This document shows positions 47,291-55,938 of a stretch of DNA of 64,000 nt, one piece after another. The notes under the pieces were generated by a model. The model saw only the letters and a program-made list of their open reading frames with translations, ran no database searches and was not told the origin of the DNA. The position numbers and the translations under genes are program-made. The number at the start of each line of letters is the position of its first letter. The stretch's first letter is position 1. Source of the DNA: Acidimicrobiia bacterium (GTDB taxonomy: Bacteria; Actinomycetota; Acidimicrobiia; Spongiisociales; ZC4RG35); contig DATHUP010000007.1 in NCBI GenBank assembly GCA_035462175.1, positions 45-64,044 of the forward strand, given 5' to 3'.

Positions 47291-48289
47291 ATGCGGCACT
47301 TCCTCAACACCTTTGATTGGACCACACCGGAGCTTCAGTCGATGGTCGACGAGGCTCGCCGCCTGAAGACCTCCCCGTTCGGCGACGTGCTGGCCGGCAA
47401 GACCATCGCCCTGCTCTTCCTCAACAACTCGCTGCGGACCCGGACCTCGTTCGACGTCGGGGCTCGCCAGCTCGGCGGCCATGCCGTCGTCCTCTCCCCT
47501 TCCGGTGGGATGTGGCCCCTCGAGTTCGAGGACGGGGCGGTGATGCTGGGTGATGCGGAGGAGCACGTGAAGGAGGCGGCCAAGGTCCTCTCCCGGTATT
47601 GCGACCTCATCGGGATCCGGGCATTCCCCAAGTTCGAGGATTGGCAGGAGGACCGCAAGGATCGGATCCTGCGGGCCTTCGCCGCCCACTCCGAGGTGCC
47701 GGTGATCAACATGGAGACGATCACCCATCCCTGTCAGGAGCTGGCCCACATCATGGCGCTCCAAGAGAGACTGGGCTCCCTCCAGGGCAAGAAGTACGTA
47801 CTCACCTGGAGTTATCACCCCAAACCGCTCAACACGGCAGTGGCCAACTCGGCACTGGTCGCCGCAGCCAAGTTCGGGATGGACGTGACCCTGCTCTGCC
47901 CCACCGAGGACTACATCCTCGACGATCGCTACATCGACATCGCCACCGAAGACGCACGGGCGAACGGGCGGAGTGTGACCATCACCCACGACATCGAGGC
48001 CGCCTACGACGGGGCCGACGTGGTCTACGCCAAGAGCTGGGGCGCCATCCCGTTCTTCGGGCGTTGGGACGAGGAGAAGCCGCTCCGTGACGAGTACCAG
48101 CACTTCATCGTCGACAAGGAGAAGATGTCGATGAGCAACGGCGCACTCGTCTCGCACTGTCTCCCCATGCGTCGCAACGTCATCATGACCGACGAGGTCT
48201 TCGACGGTCCCGATTGCATCGCCTACGAGGAAGCCGAGAACCGGCTCCACGTGCAGAAGGCGATCATGACCAGACTGGTGGGGCAATGA
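47291..48289 (+). CDS. argF': N-acetylornithine (or N-succinylornithine) carbamoyltransferase-type transcarbamylase
   Basis: Track ORF 47255..48289. The start is set to ATG 47291 (MRHFLNTFDWTTPELQ...), which resembles the Xanthomonas AOTCase N-terminus as I recall it. SLRTRTSF replaces the STRTR of classical OTCases. ...THPCQELA..., ...SHCLPMRRN.... Confidence 0.78.
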   Translation: MRHFLNTFDWTTPELQSMVDEARRLKTSPFGDVLAGKTIALLFLNNSLRTRTSFDVGARQLGGHAVVLSPSGGMWPLEFEDGAVMLGDAEEHVKEAAKVLSRYCDLIGIRAFPKFEDWQEDRKDRILRAFAAHSEVPVINMETITHPCQELAHIMALQERLGSLQGKKYVLTWSYHPKPLNTAVANSALVAAAKFGMDVTLLCPTEDYILDDRYIDIATEDARANGRSVTITHDIEAAYDGADVVYAKSWGAIPFFGRWDEEKPLRDEYQHFIVDKEKMSMSNGALVSHCLPMRRNVIMTDEVFDGPDCIAYEEAENRLHVQKAIMTRLVGQ

Positions 48290-49632
48290 ACCAAGCACAG
48301 GTGCCCAGCCCGAATCGGGACGTGCGCCAGACCATCGTCCACCTCCTCTCCAACATGAGTGACGGGAAGGAGATCCGCTCCTATCTGCAACGGTTCTCCC
48401 AGGTCGACCGGTCGCGCTTCGCGGTGATCAAGATCGGGGGCTCGGTGCTGGCCGACCACCTCGAGGAGACGGCGGCCGCCCTCGCCTTCCTTCACACGGT
48501 GGGTCTCACGCCGATCGTCATCCATGGTGGGGGTCCACAGCTCGACGAGGCGTTGAGCCGGCGAAACCTCGAGACCAAGAAGCTCGACGGCCTGCGCGTG
48601 ACCGATGCCGACGTGCTCGACGCGGCCAGGAGCACCTTCATCGAGCAGAACATCCTCCTCGTCGAGGCGATCCGGGCTCAAGGCGTCTCCGCCCACGGTC
48701 TCACCGCCGGGGCCTTCGAGGCCGACTACGTCGACCGGGACAGGTACGGCCTGGTCGGCGAGCCGACCGAAGTTCACATCGCCCTGATCCGGTCCATCGT
48801 CGACTCGGGTGCGATCCCGATCCTGACCTGTCTCGGAGTGGCCGCCGGGGGGCAGATCGTCAACATGAACGCCGACTCGACCACCCGAGCCCTGGTCCAC
48901 GCCGTGCAGCCGATGAAGATCATCTTCCTCGCCGACGTCGGCGGCCTGCTCGACGAGGACGACCGGGTCATCGAGTCGATCAACCTGGCCTCTGACTACG
49001 AGCAGCTGATGGCCCAGGAGTGGGTCCACTCCGGAATGAGGCTCAAGCTGGCCGAGATCAAGCGTCTCCTCGACGACACGCCCCTCTCCACCTCGGTGTC
49101 CATCACTACGCCTTCGGGTCTGGTCAAGGAGCTGTTCACCCATGGTGGCTCGGGCACCCTGGTGCGCAAGGGGGAGCTGATCGGCGTCGAGAAGGACAAG
49201 GCCGCCATCGACGAGGGCCAGGTGATCAAGCTGGTGGAGGAGGCGTTCGGGAGGACACTGCACGATGGTTGGTGGCACGCCCTCGACCTGGACACCGCCT
49301 ACCTCTCCGAGAGCATGCGTGCCGGTGCCCTGGTGGCCCGGATCGACGACTTCGCCTACCTGGACAAGTTCGCCATCCTCGAAGATGCCCGTGGCGAGGG
49401 CCTGGCCCGCACCGTGTGGGCCCGGCTCACAGCCGACCACCCGGTTCTCTATTGGCGCTCGCGGACGGACAACGGGTTCAACTCCTTCTACGTGGAAGAG
49501 GCCGACGGATCGGTGAAGCGAGGGCCTTGGACCATCTTCTGGAAGGGTGAGACAGACTTCGGCCGCGTCGATGCTGTGGTGGAGAGAATCGCGGGCATGC
49601 CCGCATCCTTCGTCGGGGACGACGATGGCTGA
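48286..49632 (+). CDS. argAB: Bifunctional N-acetylglutamate synthase/kinase (vertebrate/Xanthomonas-like ArgA/B)
   Basis: Track ORF 48214..49632. The start is at ATG 48286 (ATGA overlap with argF'). N-terminal amino-acid-kinase domain ...FAVIKIGGSVL...PIVIHGGGPQL.... C-terminal NAT domain ...AYLDKFAILEDARGEGLARTVW...LYWRSRTDNGFNSFYVEEADGSVKRGPWTIFWKG..., which matches the vertebrate NAGS C-terminal pattern (FWRSR..N..N.WYF..DGS...W..FW.G). Confidence 0.8.
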   Translation: MNQAQVPSPNRDVRQTIVHLLSNMSDGKEIRSYLQRFSQVDRSRFAVIKIGGSVLADHLEETAAALAFLHTVGLTPIVIHGGGPQLDEALSRRNLETKKLDGLRVTDADVLDAARSTFIEQNILLVEAIRAQGVSAHGLTAGAFEADYVDRDRYGLVGEPTEVHIALIRSIVDSGAIPILTCLGVAAGGQIVNMNADSTTRALVHAVQPMKIIFLADVGGLLDEDDRVIESINLASDYEQLMAQEWVHSGMRLKLAEIKRLLDDTPLSTSVSITTPSGLVKELFTHGGSGTLVRKGELIGVEKDKAAIDEGQVIKLVEEAFGRTLHDGWWHALDLDTAYLSESMRAGALVARIDDFAYLDKFAILEDARGEGLARTVWARLTADHPVLYWRSRTDNGFNSFYVEEADGSVKRGPWTIFWKGETDFGRVDAVVERIAGMPASFVGDDDG

Positions 49633-50551
49633 GGGCCACCGGGTCGGGGTGGTGGGAGCCCGGGGCTACACCGGCGCCGAGCTGCTGCGTCTGATCCGGG
49701 ATCATCCCCGGCTGGAACTGGCCTTCGCCGGCTCCCGGGAGCTGGATGGCCAACCGGTTCCCGGACAGGACGACATCCTGTTCGAGTCGATCGGGCCCGA
49801 TGACCTGGCAAGCAGGGAGATCGAAGCGGTGTTCCTCGCCCTGCCCGACGGAGCGGGCCAACCCCACACACAGGCCGTCGGGGGGAACACCGTCATCGTC
49901 GACATCTCGGCCGATCACCGTTTCGACGACACCTGGCAATACGGTCTTCCTGAGCTGTTCCGCGAGAAGCTGAGAGGTGCAACCCGCATCGCCAACCCTG
50001 GGTGCTACGCCACCGCCACCCAGATCGCCCTCGCCCCCCTCGTGGACGCCATCTCGGGTGTTCCCGCCGTCTTCGGCGTCTCGGGCCACTCGGGCGCAGG
50101 TTCCGCCCCCGGGCCCCGCAACGACCCCGATCGTCTCGCCGACAACCTGATGCCCTACAAGCTGGTGGGACACAACCACGAGCGTGAGGCAACCCGTCAC
50201 CTCGGCATCCCGGTCCGCTTCATGCCCCATGTCCATCCCGCCTTCCGCGGCCTGCTGGTCACGGCTCACGTCCCGTTGGGCCGGGCGACGAGCCAGGACG
50301 AGATCAGGGCCAGGTTCGAGGCGCACTACGCAGACGAGCCTTTGATCGAGATCCGCGACGGCATACCGGAGCTCAAGGATGGGACCGGGCACCCGGGCTT
50401 GATCCTCGGCGGTTTCCAGACCAGCGAGGACGGGCTCAATGCCGTGGTGGTGGCCGCCGAGGACAACCTGCTCAAGGGTGCCGCGGTGCAGGCGGTGCAG
50501 AACCTGAACCTGGCCCTGGGCCTTCCCGAGTTCGAAGGGCTCGTCGGGTGA
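49625..50551 (+). CDS. argC: N-acetyl-gamma-glutamyl-phosphate reductase
   Basis: Track ORF 49547..50551. The start is at ATG 49625 (8-nt overlap with argAB). ...VGVVGARGYTGAELLRL..., catalytic Cys in ANPGCYATA, ...GVSGHSGAG.... Confidence 0.9.
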   Translation: MAEGHRVGVVGARGYTGAELLRLIRDHPRLELAFAGSRELDGQPVPGQDDILFESIGPDDLASREIEAVFLALPDGAGQPHTQAVGGNTVIVDISADHRFDDTWQYGLPELFREKLRGATRIANPGCYATATQIALAPLVDAISGVPAVFGVSGHSGAGSAPGPRNDPDRLADNLMPYKLVGHNHEREATRHLGIPVRFMPHVHPAFRGLLVTAHVPLGRATSQDEIRARFEAHYADEPLIEIRDGIPELKDGTGHPGLILGGFQTSEDGLNAVVVAAEDNLLKGAAVQAVQNLNLALGLPEFEGLVG

Positions 50552-50568
50552 GTCACAGGCGACTCGCA

Positions 50569-50597
50569 TTGACTTCGCCCCGTCCGCCGCATATCTT
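50569..50597 (+). promoter_or_regulatory. Sigma-70-like promoter candidate (TTGACT-17 nt-TATCTT) ahead of a ~170-nt leader
   Basis: The -35 is at 50569..50574 and the -10 at 50592..50597 with a 17-nt spacer. It lies upstream of the rhodanese gene. Pattern match by eye. Confidence 0.4.
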
Positions 50598-50773
50598 TTC
50601 GGCCGTGTCACGTATGACGATGTGTGTGTGTCTCTGTGAGAGCTCTCGGGCGGGCCGCCCGGGCGCCGAGGCCACACGCCGTCTGCGCTCCTGAACGACG
50701 CCACCGCTCGAGAGCGACCCCCCCTTTTCCCGGCGTCTTCACCTGTTCGATTTCACAAAGGAGCGATGAACAC

Positions 50774-51610
50774 ATGCCTCATGCAAATCCCGACGCCCTG
50801 GTCACCACCGACTGGCTCAAAGCGAATCTGAGCGACCCCAACGTCCGGGTGGTCGAGGTCGACGAAGACGCGTCGGTCTACGACAAGGACCACATTCCCG
50901 GTGCGATCGCCTGGAGCTGGTCCGATGATCTCCACCATCCGCTGCGACGTGACTACCTGGACCAGGAAGGGTTCAGCAGCTTGCTCTCGAAGGCAGGCGT
51001 GGGCCCCGAGACCACCGTGGTGCTCTACGGCGGCAACAACAACTGGTTCGCGGCCTACGCCTACTGGCTGCTCAAGTACCGCGGCTTCGACAACGTCAAG
51101 TTGCTCGACGGCGGCCGGAAGAAGTGGAACGTCGAGTCGTTGCCGCTTGAATCCGAAAAACCCCAGATCACACCGACTCGGTTCACGATCAGCGGCCCCG
51201 AGCGTCCCCAGGTCCGCGCCTTTCGCGACCATGTCCTCGAGACACTCGGCTCGGCCACCCTGATCGACGTCCGGTCACCGGAGGAGTTCAGCGGCGAGAA
51301 GATCGCCCCCGATCATCTCCCCCAGGAGCAGCCATATGTGGCCGGTCACATCCCTGGAGCCCACAACATCCCCTGGGGCAAGGCAGCCAACGAGGACGGC
51401 ACCTTCAAGTCCGCCGAGGAGTTGAGAGAGCTCTACGAGGGCGCCGGCGTGAACGGCGGTGAGATCATCGCCTATTGCCGTATCGGCGAGCGCTCGTCGC
51501 ACACCTGGTTCGTATTGACCGAGTTGCTCGGGCACAGCGACGTCAAGAACTACGACGGGTCGTGGACCGAGTACGGGTCGTTGGTCAACGTGCCGGTGGA
51601 ACGGGGCTGA
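50774..51610 (+). CDS. Thiosulfate sulfurtransferase (tandem rhodanese, SseA/CysA type)
   Basis: Track ORF 50624..51610. The start is at ATG 50774 (MPHANPDALVTTDWLKANL...), with AAGGAG 12 nt upstream. Active-site loop YCRIGERSSHTWF. Confidence 0.9.
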   Translation: MPHANPDALVTTDWLKANLSDPNVRVVEVDEDASVYDKDHIPGAIAWSWSDDLHHPLRRDYLDQEGFSSLLSKAGVGPETTVVLYGGNNNWFAAYAYWLLKYRGFDNVKLLDGGRKKWNVESLPLESEKPQITPTRFTISGPERPQVRAFRDHVLETLGSATLIDVRSPEEFSGEKIAPDHLPQEQPYVAGHIPGAHNIPWGKAANEDGTFKSAEELRELYEGAGVNGGEIIAYCRIGERSSHTWFVLTELLGHSDVKNYDGSWTEYGSLVNVPVERG

Positions 51611-51635
51611 GTCGAGACAACGACGGGGCTTCTGC

Positions 51636-52628
51636 TCAGGTGAGCGGGAAGGGCGACTGCATCCACCACGGAACCGGCGAAAGCTCGATCCTGGTGACCC
51701 ACTTCACCCACCAGAAGCCCCGTCTCGCCGGGGCAACGATCCGGGCGGGAAAACCGTTCCCCCGGCTCAGAGGCTCACCGCCCACCCGGGTCACCAGCCA
51801 TGTGCTCTCGAGATCCCGGACGGGGAACCTGCGGGCATACCCGGTGTGAGACCAGGCGACGAAACTGCGATGATCACCCGGGTCGAGAAGGTGATCGAGA
51901 CGCACGCCGCTCCACTCCTGTTCCGAGTACCAGCCACCCGTGCAGTCGAGTACCGCGGCGAAAGTGTCCTGAGGCATCGCTTCCAGGTCGGCCAATGACA
52001 TCCTCGTCCCGGCCATCGCGACGGTCCACGCCCCCGCCTCGATCGCGGGGACCCGATCGTCCAACCAGGAGGTGACGGGCAGTGCGCCGGGATCGTGTGA
52101 CCCGCGTTGATGCATCCCGGTGAAGCGTCGCTCCCGCCCCGGCGCCTCCAGTGCCTCCAGGGCCCCTTCCCAGAGGAGCCAGAGCCCGGCCGCGGCCGCA
52201 GTGAGAACCGAGCCCCTCAGAAAAGCCCTGCGGTCGACGTCGAAGTGACGTGGCCTGACCGGGTGTCGCCGGAAGTGGTCAATGGCGAGACCCAGTGCGA
52301 GCACCGCACCACCGATGTGGATCTGGATCACGGTCACGGGGCCGATTCGGGAGATGTCGCCATGGGAATGGATGAGCCCCGAGACCAGGGTGATGACGAC
52401 CAGACCGAGCAAGACCAAGGAGAACAACCTTCCCGGCGGCCTCTTACCCAGCCCGCGGCGAACGACCGTTGTCTTCCACGGAGCGAGCACGAGGATGGCG
52501 AGACCCGCCGCACCATGGATCGCGGCGGTGTCCAGAGGCCAATCGACCCCTATGGCCTGGCTGGCCAGACCGGTGATCACCGCAGTCAGCAGCAAGGCGG
52601 CCAGTGCCAGATTGGTCCTACGCCCCAC
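51636..52628 (-). CDS. Membrane-anchored SUOX-fold (YedY/MsrP-like) molybdopterin oxidoreductase
   Basis: 330 aa. The N-terminal ~130 aa have 4 predicted TM helices containing several His. The C-terminal part is ...FAAVLDCTGGWYSEQEWSGVRL...GFPARIVAPARRGFWWVKWVTRIEL.... Confidence 0.75.
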   Translation of the reverse strand: MGRRTNLALAALLLTAVITGLASQAIGVDWPLDTAAIHGAAGLAILVLAPWKTTVVRRGLGKRPPGRLFSLVLLGLVVITLVSGLIHSHGDISRIGPVTVIQIHIGGAVLALGLAIDHFRRHPVRPRHFDVDRRAFLRGSVLTAAAAGLWLLWEGALEALEAPGRERRFTGMHQRGSHDPGALPVTSWLDDRVPAIEAGAWTVAMAGTRMSLADLEAMPQDTFAAVLDCTGGWYSEQEWSGVRLDHLLDPGDHRSFVAWSHTGYARRFPVRDLESTWLVTRVGGEPLSRGNGFPARIVAPARRGFWWVKWVTRIELSPVPWWMQSPFPLT

Positions 52629-52777
52629 ACCGGTCTCCGGAGCCGTCCATAGGAGCGTTATACAGCAAGTGCGAGCTTCCAGTCAGCTCATGGCACGAGC
52701 GCACCGCGAGCCATTCCCTCCGGGTGGCGACCGCGATGGCGCGGGTGGGCGCCGGCTCAGGCGATAACGTCCCGACG

Positions 52778-54091
52778 ATGGCATTCACTGCAGTCGAGTT
52801 GATCGAGACCAAGAGAGACGGGGGCTCGCTTTCCCCCGAGGCGATCGAATGGCTGATCCGGGCCTACACCGATGGCACCGTCACCGACTATCAGATGGCG
52901 GCCATGGCGATGGCCATCCTCCTCAACGGAATGACCACCGACGAGTTGGCCGCCTGGACCGAGGCGATGCTCCACTCAGGCGACGTCATGGACTTCTCCG
53001 ACATCCCGGCGCCGAAGGTGGACAAGCACTCGACCGGCGGGGTGGGTGACAAGATCTCGATCCCCCTGGTTCCGCTGGTGGCCGTCTGTGGGGTGGCAGT
53101 TCCGATGATTTCTGGGCGTGGTCTCGCCTACACAGGTGGGACTCTGGACAAACTGGAGTCGATACCGGGCTTCACCACCCGCCTCGAACCGAGCCGGTTT
53201 CGCTCCATCCTCATCGAGCACGGGATGGTTCTCGCCGGGGCGTCGGAGACGATGGTCCCGGCGGACCGCAAGCTCTACGAGCTGCGCGACGCCACCGGGA
53301 CCGTACCCTCCATCCCTCTGATCGCCTCCTCGATTATGTCCAAGAAGCTGGCCGAGGGTCTCGACGGGCTCCTCCTCGACGTGAAGACCGGCTCCGGGGC
53401 GTCCATCAAGGTCCTCGAGGACTCGCGCGCCTTGGCCCGGACCATGGTCGGTATCGGAACCAGAAACGGAGTGGAGACGGTTGCCCTGATCACATCCATG
53501 GATCAGCCTCTCGGGTATGAGGTGGGGAACGCCAACGAGATCAGGGAGTCTTTGGACGTGCTCCGCGGTGTGGGTCCCGAAGACGTCACCCAGCTCACCC
53601 TCGCCTTCGGCGAAGAGATGCTGGGATTGGCCGGCATCGACGGTGGGCGCGACCGTCTACGCGAAGCCATCCATTCCGGTGCAGCACTGCAGAAGCTGAT
53701 CGACGTCACCATCGCCCAAGGCGGAGATCCTGCCGTGATCGAGAACCCTGATCTGCTCCCCAGCTGCGCCAATGAGACTGTGGTGGAGGCCGATAGGGAC
53801 GGCTACGTCACCCGTTGCGACGCCCTCACCATCGGGGTAGCGGCCACCCGGCTCGGCGCCGGGCGCGAGCGGAAGGAGGACAGCATCGATCCCGGCGTCG
53901 GCATAACACTCGAGGCGAAAGTCGGTGATCGGGTCACAGCCGGCATGCCCCTGGCCCGAGTCCGATACTCGGATCAAGGCAGATGGGAAGCCCAGAGAGA
54001 TCTGCTCGCATCCGCCTGGTCGATCGAAGACGGCGCCCCCCCTGCCCCGGAGCTCATCATCGAGCGGATCGGCGAGGCTGACGGAATTTGA
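52778..54091 (+). CDS. deoA: Thymidine/pyrimidine-nucleoside phosphorylase
   Basis: Track ORF 52604..54091. The start is at ATG 52778 (MAFTAVELIETKRDGGSLS...). ...KVDKHSTGGVGDKISI..., ...SGRGLAYTGGTLDKLE.... Confidence 0.93.
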   Translation: MAFTAVELIETKRDGGSLSPEAIEWLIRAYTDGTVTDYQMAAMAMAILLNGMTTDELAAWTEAMLHSGDVMDFSDIPAPKVDKHSTGGVGDKISIPLVPLVAVCGVAVPMISGRGLAYTGGTLDKLESIPGFTTRLEPSRFRSILIEHGMVLAGASETMVPADRKLYELRDATGTVPSIPLIASSIMSKKLAEGLDGLLLDVKTGSGASIKVLEDSRALARTMVGIGTRNGVETVALITSMDQPLGYEVGNANEIRESLDVLRGVGPEDVTQLTLAFGEEMLGLAGIDGGRDRLREAIHSGAALQKLIDVTIAQGGDPAVIENPDLLPSCANETVVEADRDGYVTRCDALTIGVAATRLGAGRERKEDSIDPGVGITLEAKVGDRVTAGMPLARVRYSDQGRWEAQRDLLASAWSIEDGAPPAPELIIERIGEADGI

Positions 54092-54159
54092 GCGTTTACT
54101 CAAACCAGCCTCGGCTCGTTACCATCGCCCGCACCGAGCCCACCAAGGAGTAAGCGCGA

Positions 54160-54918
54160 ATGAAGGTCGTCGTCTGCGTCAAGCAGATCCCCGACCCTGC
54201 CACGCCCTACCGTCTCGAGGAGGGGAGCAATTGGCTGATACGCCCCGAAGAGCAGATCCTCGACGACACCGACCGATACGGCGTGGAGATGGGCCTGCAA
54301 CTCGCCCAGGATGGCCAGGGCACGGTGACACTGGTCAGCATGGGCCCCGCCGGGAACGGCCAAGGCATCCGCCAGGCACTGGCCATGGGAGCCGACAAGG
54401 CGGTCCTCGTCGAGGACGATTCGCTACGCGGCTCCGAGGCGCTGACCACGGCGCGCGTCCTGGCCGCAGCGATCGAACGTGAGGGATTCGACCTGGTGAT
54501 CGCCGGGACCGAGTCGACGGACGGCTACTCCGGAGTGGTTCCCCAGATGATCTCGGAAGTCCTGGGTGTCCCCGCCCTCACCTACGCCACCCAGGTCGAG
54601 GTCGGCGACGGGAAGGTCACGATCCATCGCCAGACAATGGCCGGATACGACGTGGTCACGTCGGACTTACCCGCCGTGGTGAGCGTGACCGCCGGGGTCG
54701 TCGAGCCCCGCTATCCGACCTTCAAAGGGATCATGGATGCCAAGAAGAAGACGGTCGAGACACTGTCACTCGACGACCTCGGAGCCGAGCCCGCCCCCGA
54801 GCAGCAGGTCGTCTCGATCGTGGACGCACCCGAGCGCGGCGCCGGCCAAAAGATCGAAGACGACGGCGAGGCGCACTTGGCCATCGTCTCGATGCTCGAA
54901 CAGCGGAAGGTGATCTGA
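54160..54918 (+). CDS. etfB: Electron transfer flavoprotein beta subunit
   Basis: 252 aa. MKVVVCVKQIPDPATPYRL...VSMGP...LVIAGTESTDGYSG.... AAGGAG upstream. Confidence 0.93.
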   Translation: MKVVVCVKQIPDPATPYRLEEGSNWLIRPEEQILDDTDRYGVEMGLQLAQDGQGTVTLVSMGPAGNGQGIRQALAMGADKAVLVEDDSLRGSEALTTARVLAAAIEREGFDLVIAGTESTDGYSGVVPQMISEVLGVPALTYATQVEVGDGKVTIHRQTMAGYDVVTSDLPAVVSVTAGVVEPRYPTFKGIMDAKKKTVETLSLDDLGAEPAPEQQVVSIVDAPERGAGQKIEDDGEAHLAIVSMLEQRKVI

Positions 54919-55865
54919 TGGCCTCGGTATGGGTCCTGGTGGAGCAGGAGGGGGAGAGCCCAACCACCGTCGGCCTCGAGCTGCTGGCCAAAGCGCGCCA
55001 GCTCGGCGAGGTCACTGCCATCCTCCTCGGGTCAGGCTCCGATGCGGTGTTCGCCACCCTCGGCGAGCATGGGACCGCCAGCGTGCTGCACGTCGATGCA
55101 GGCGACCGGCTTCCCTCTGCCCCCGTCGCAGCCGCGCTGGCCGACCGGGCCGCGTCCGATGGGCCCGATCTGATCCTTATGGGCCAGGCATACAACGACC
55201 GGGATATCGCCGGCCGGCTCGCCGCCCGGCTCGGAGTCGGTGTCCTCTCCAACTCCAGTGACGTCCGGCTCACCGATGACGGCGTCGAGACCGACCACGA
55301 GATATTGGGTGGTACCAGGATCGCCACCGCCCGGGCCGGCACGGGCCCGTTCATCGTGCTCGCCCGTCCCAAGTCCTTCGTGGCCGAGCCGGTCGGCGGC
55401 GCGGCGCCGTCGGTCGAGAGCATCGCCCTCCCCGATGCCGGAGACGCCGATGCAACGGTCGTCGAGTCACACGTCGAGGAGCGGGAGGGTCCCCAGCTCG
55501 GGGAGGCCGCCATCGTCGTGTCCGGGGGACGCGGTCTCGGCGCCGCCGAGGCCTACGACCTCGTCGAACGACTCGGGAAGGCGCTCAAAGCGGCCACCGG
55601 GGCCACCCGGGCCATCGTCGACGCGGGGTGGGTGCCCTATTCCAAGCAGGTCGGTCAGACCGGAAAGACGGTCAAGCCCGACGTGTACATCGCGGTCGGG
55701 ATCTCCGGGGCGATGCAGCACCTGGTGGGGATGAAGGACTCCAAGACGATCATCGCCGTCAACAAGGACCCGGACGCCCCGATCTTCTCCATCGCCGACC
55801 TCGGTGTGGTGGGAGACGTACACAAGGTCGTGCCCAAATTGATCGAGGCGTTGGAGGGACGGTAG
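54918..55865 (+). CDS. etfA: Electron transfer flavoprotein alpha subunit
   Basis: 315 aa. ...VVSGGRGLG...TRAIVDAGWVPYSKQVGQTGKTVKPDVYIAVGISGAMQHLVGM.... The start abuts the etfB stop. Confidence 0.93.
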   Translation: MASVWVLVEQEGESPTTVGLELLAKARQLGEVTAILLGSGSDAVFATLGEHGTASVLHVDAGDRLPSAPVAAALADRAASDGPDLILMGQAYNDRDIAGRLAARLGVGVLSNSSDVRLTDDGVETDHEILGGTRIATARAGTGPFIVLARPKSFVAEPVGGAAPSVESIALPDAGDADATVVESHVEEREGPQLGEAAIVVSGGRGLGAAEAYDLVERLGKALKAATGATRAIVDAGWVPYSKQVGQTGKTVKPDVYIAVGISGAMQHLVGMKDSKTIIAVNKDPDAPIFSIADLGVVGDVHKVVPKLIEALEGR

Positions 55866-55938
55866 GGGCCCCGGCGGAGACAGCTCGCCCAGAGCGACAG
55901 GAACCTATCCCGAGGCTCGCTCGTAATACTGGGACACG

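Noticed and set aside
50619-50634. (TG)5/(TC)2 dinucleotide tract as a phase-variation microsatellite
   Set aside because: The tract is too short (five units) and interrupted for efficient slipped-strand variation, and it lies in a leader rather than a coding region or promoter spacer. It is retained only as part of the structured-leader finding.
50624-50773. In-frame 50-codon N-terminal extension of the rhodanese ORF
   Set aside because: The extension (MCVSVRALGRAARAPRPHAVCAPERRHRSR...) is Arg/Ala/Pro-rich and unprotein-like. The canonical rhodanese N-terminus starts at ATG 50774, with AAGGAG upstream.
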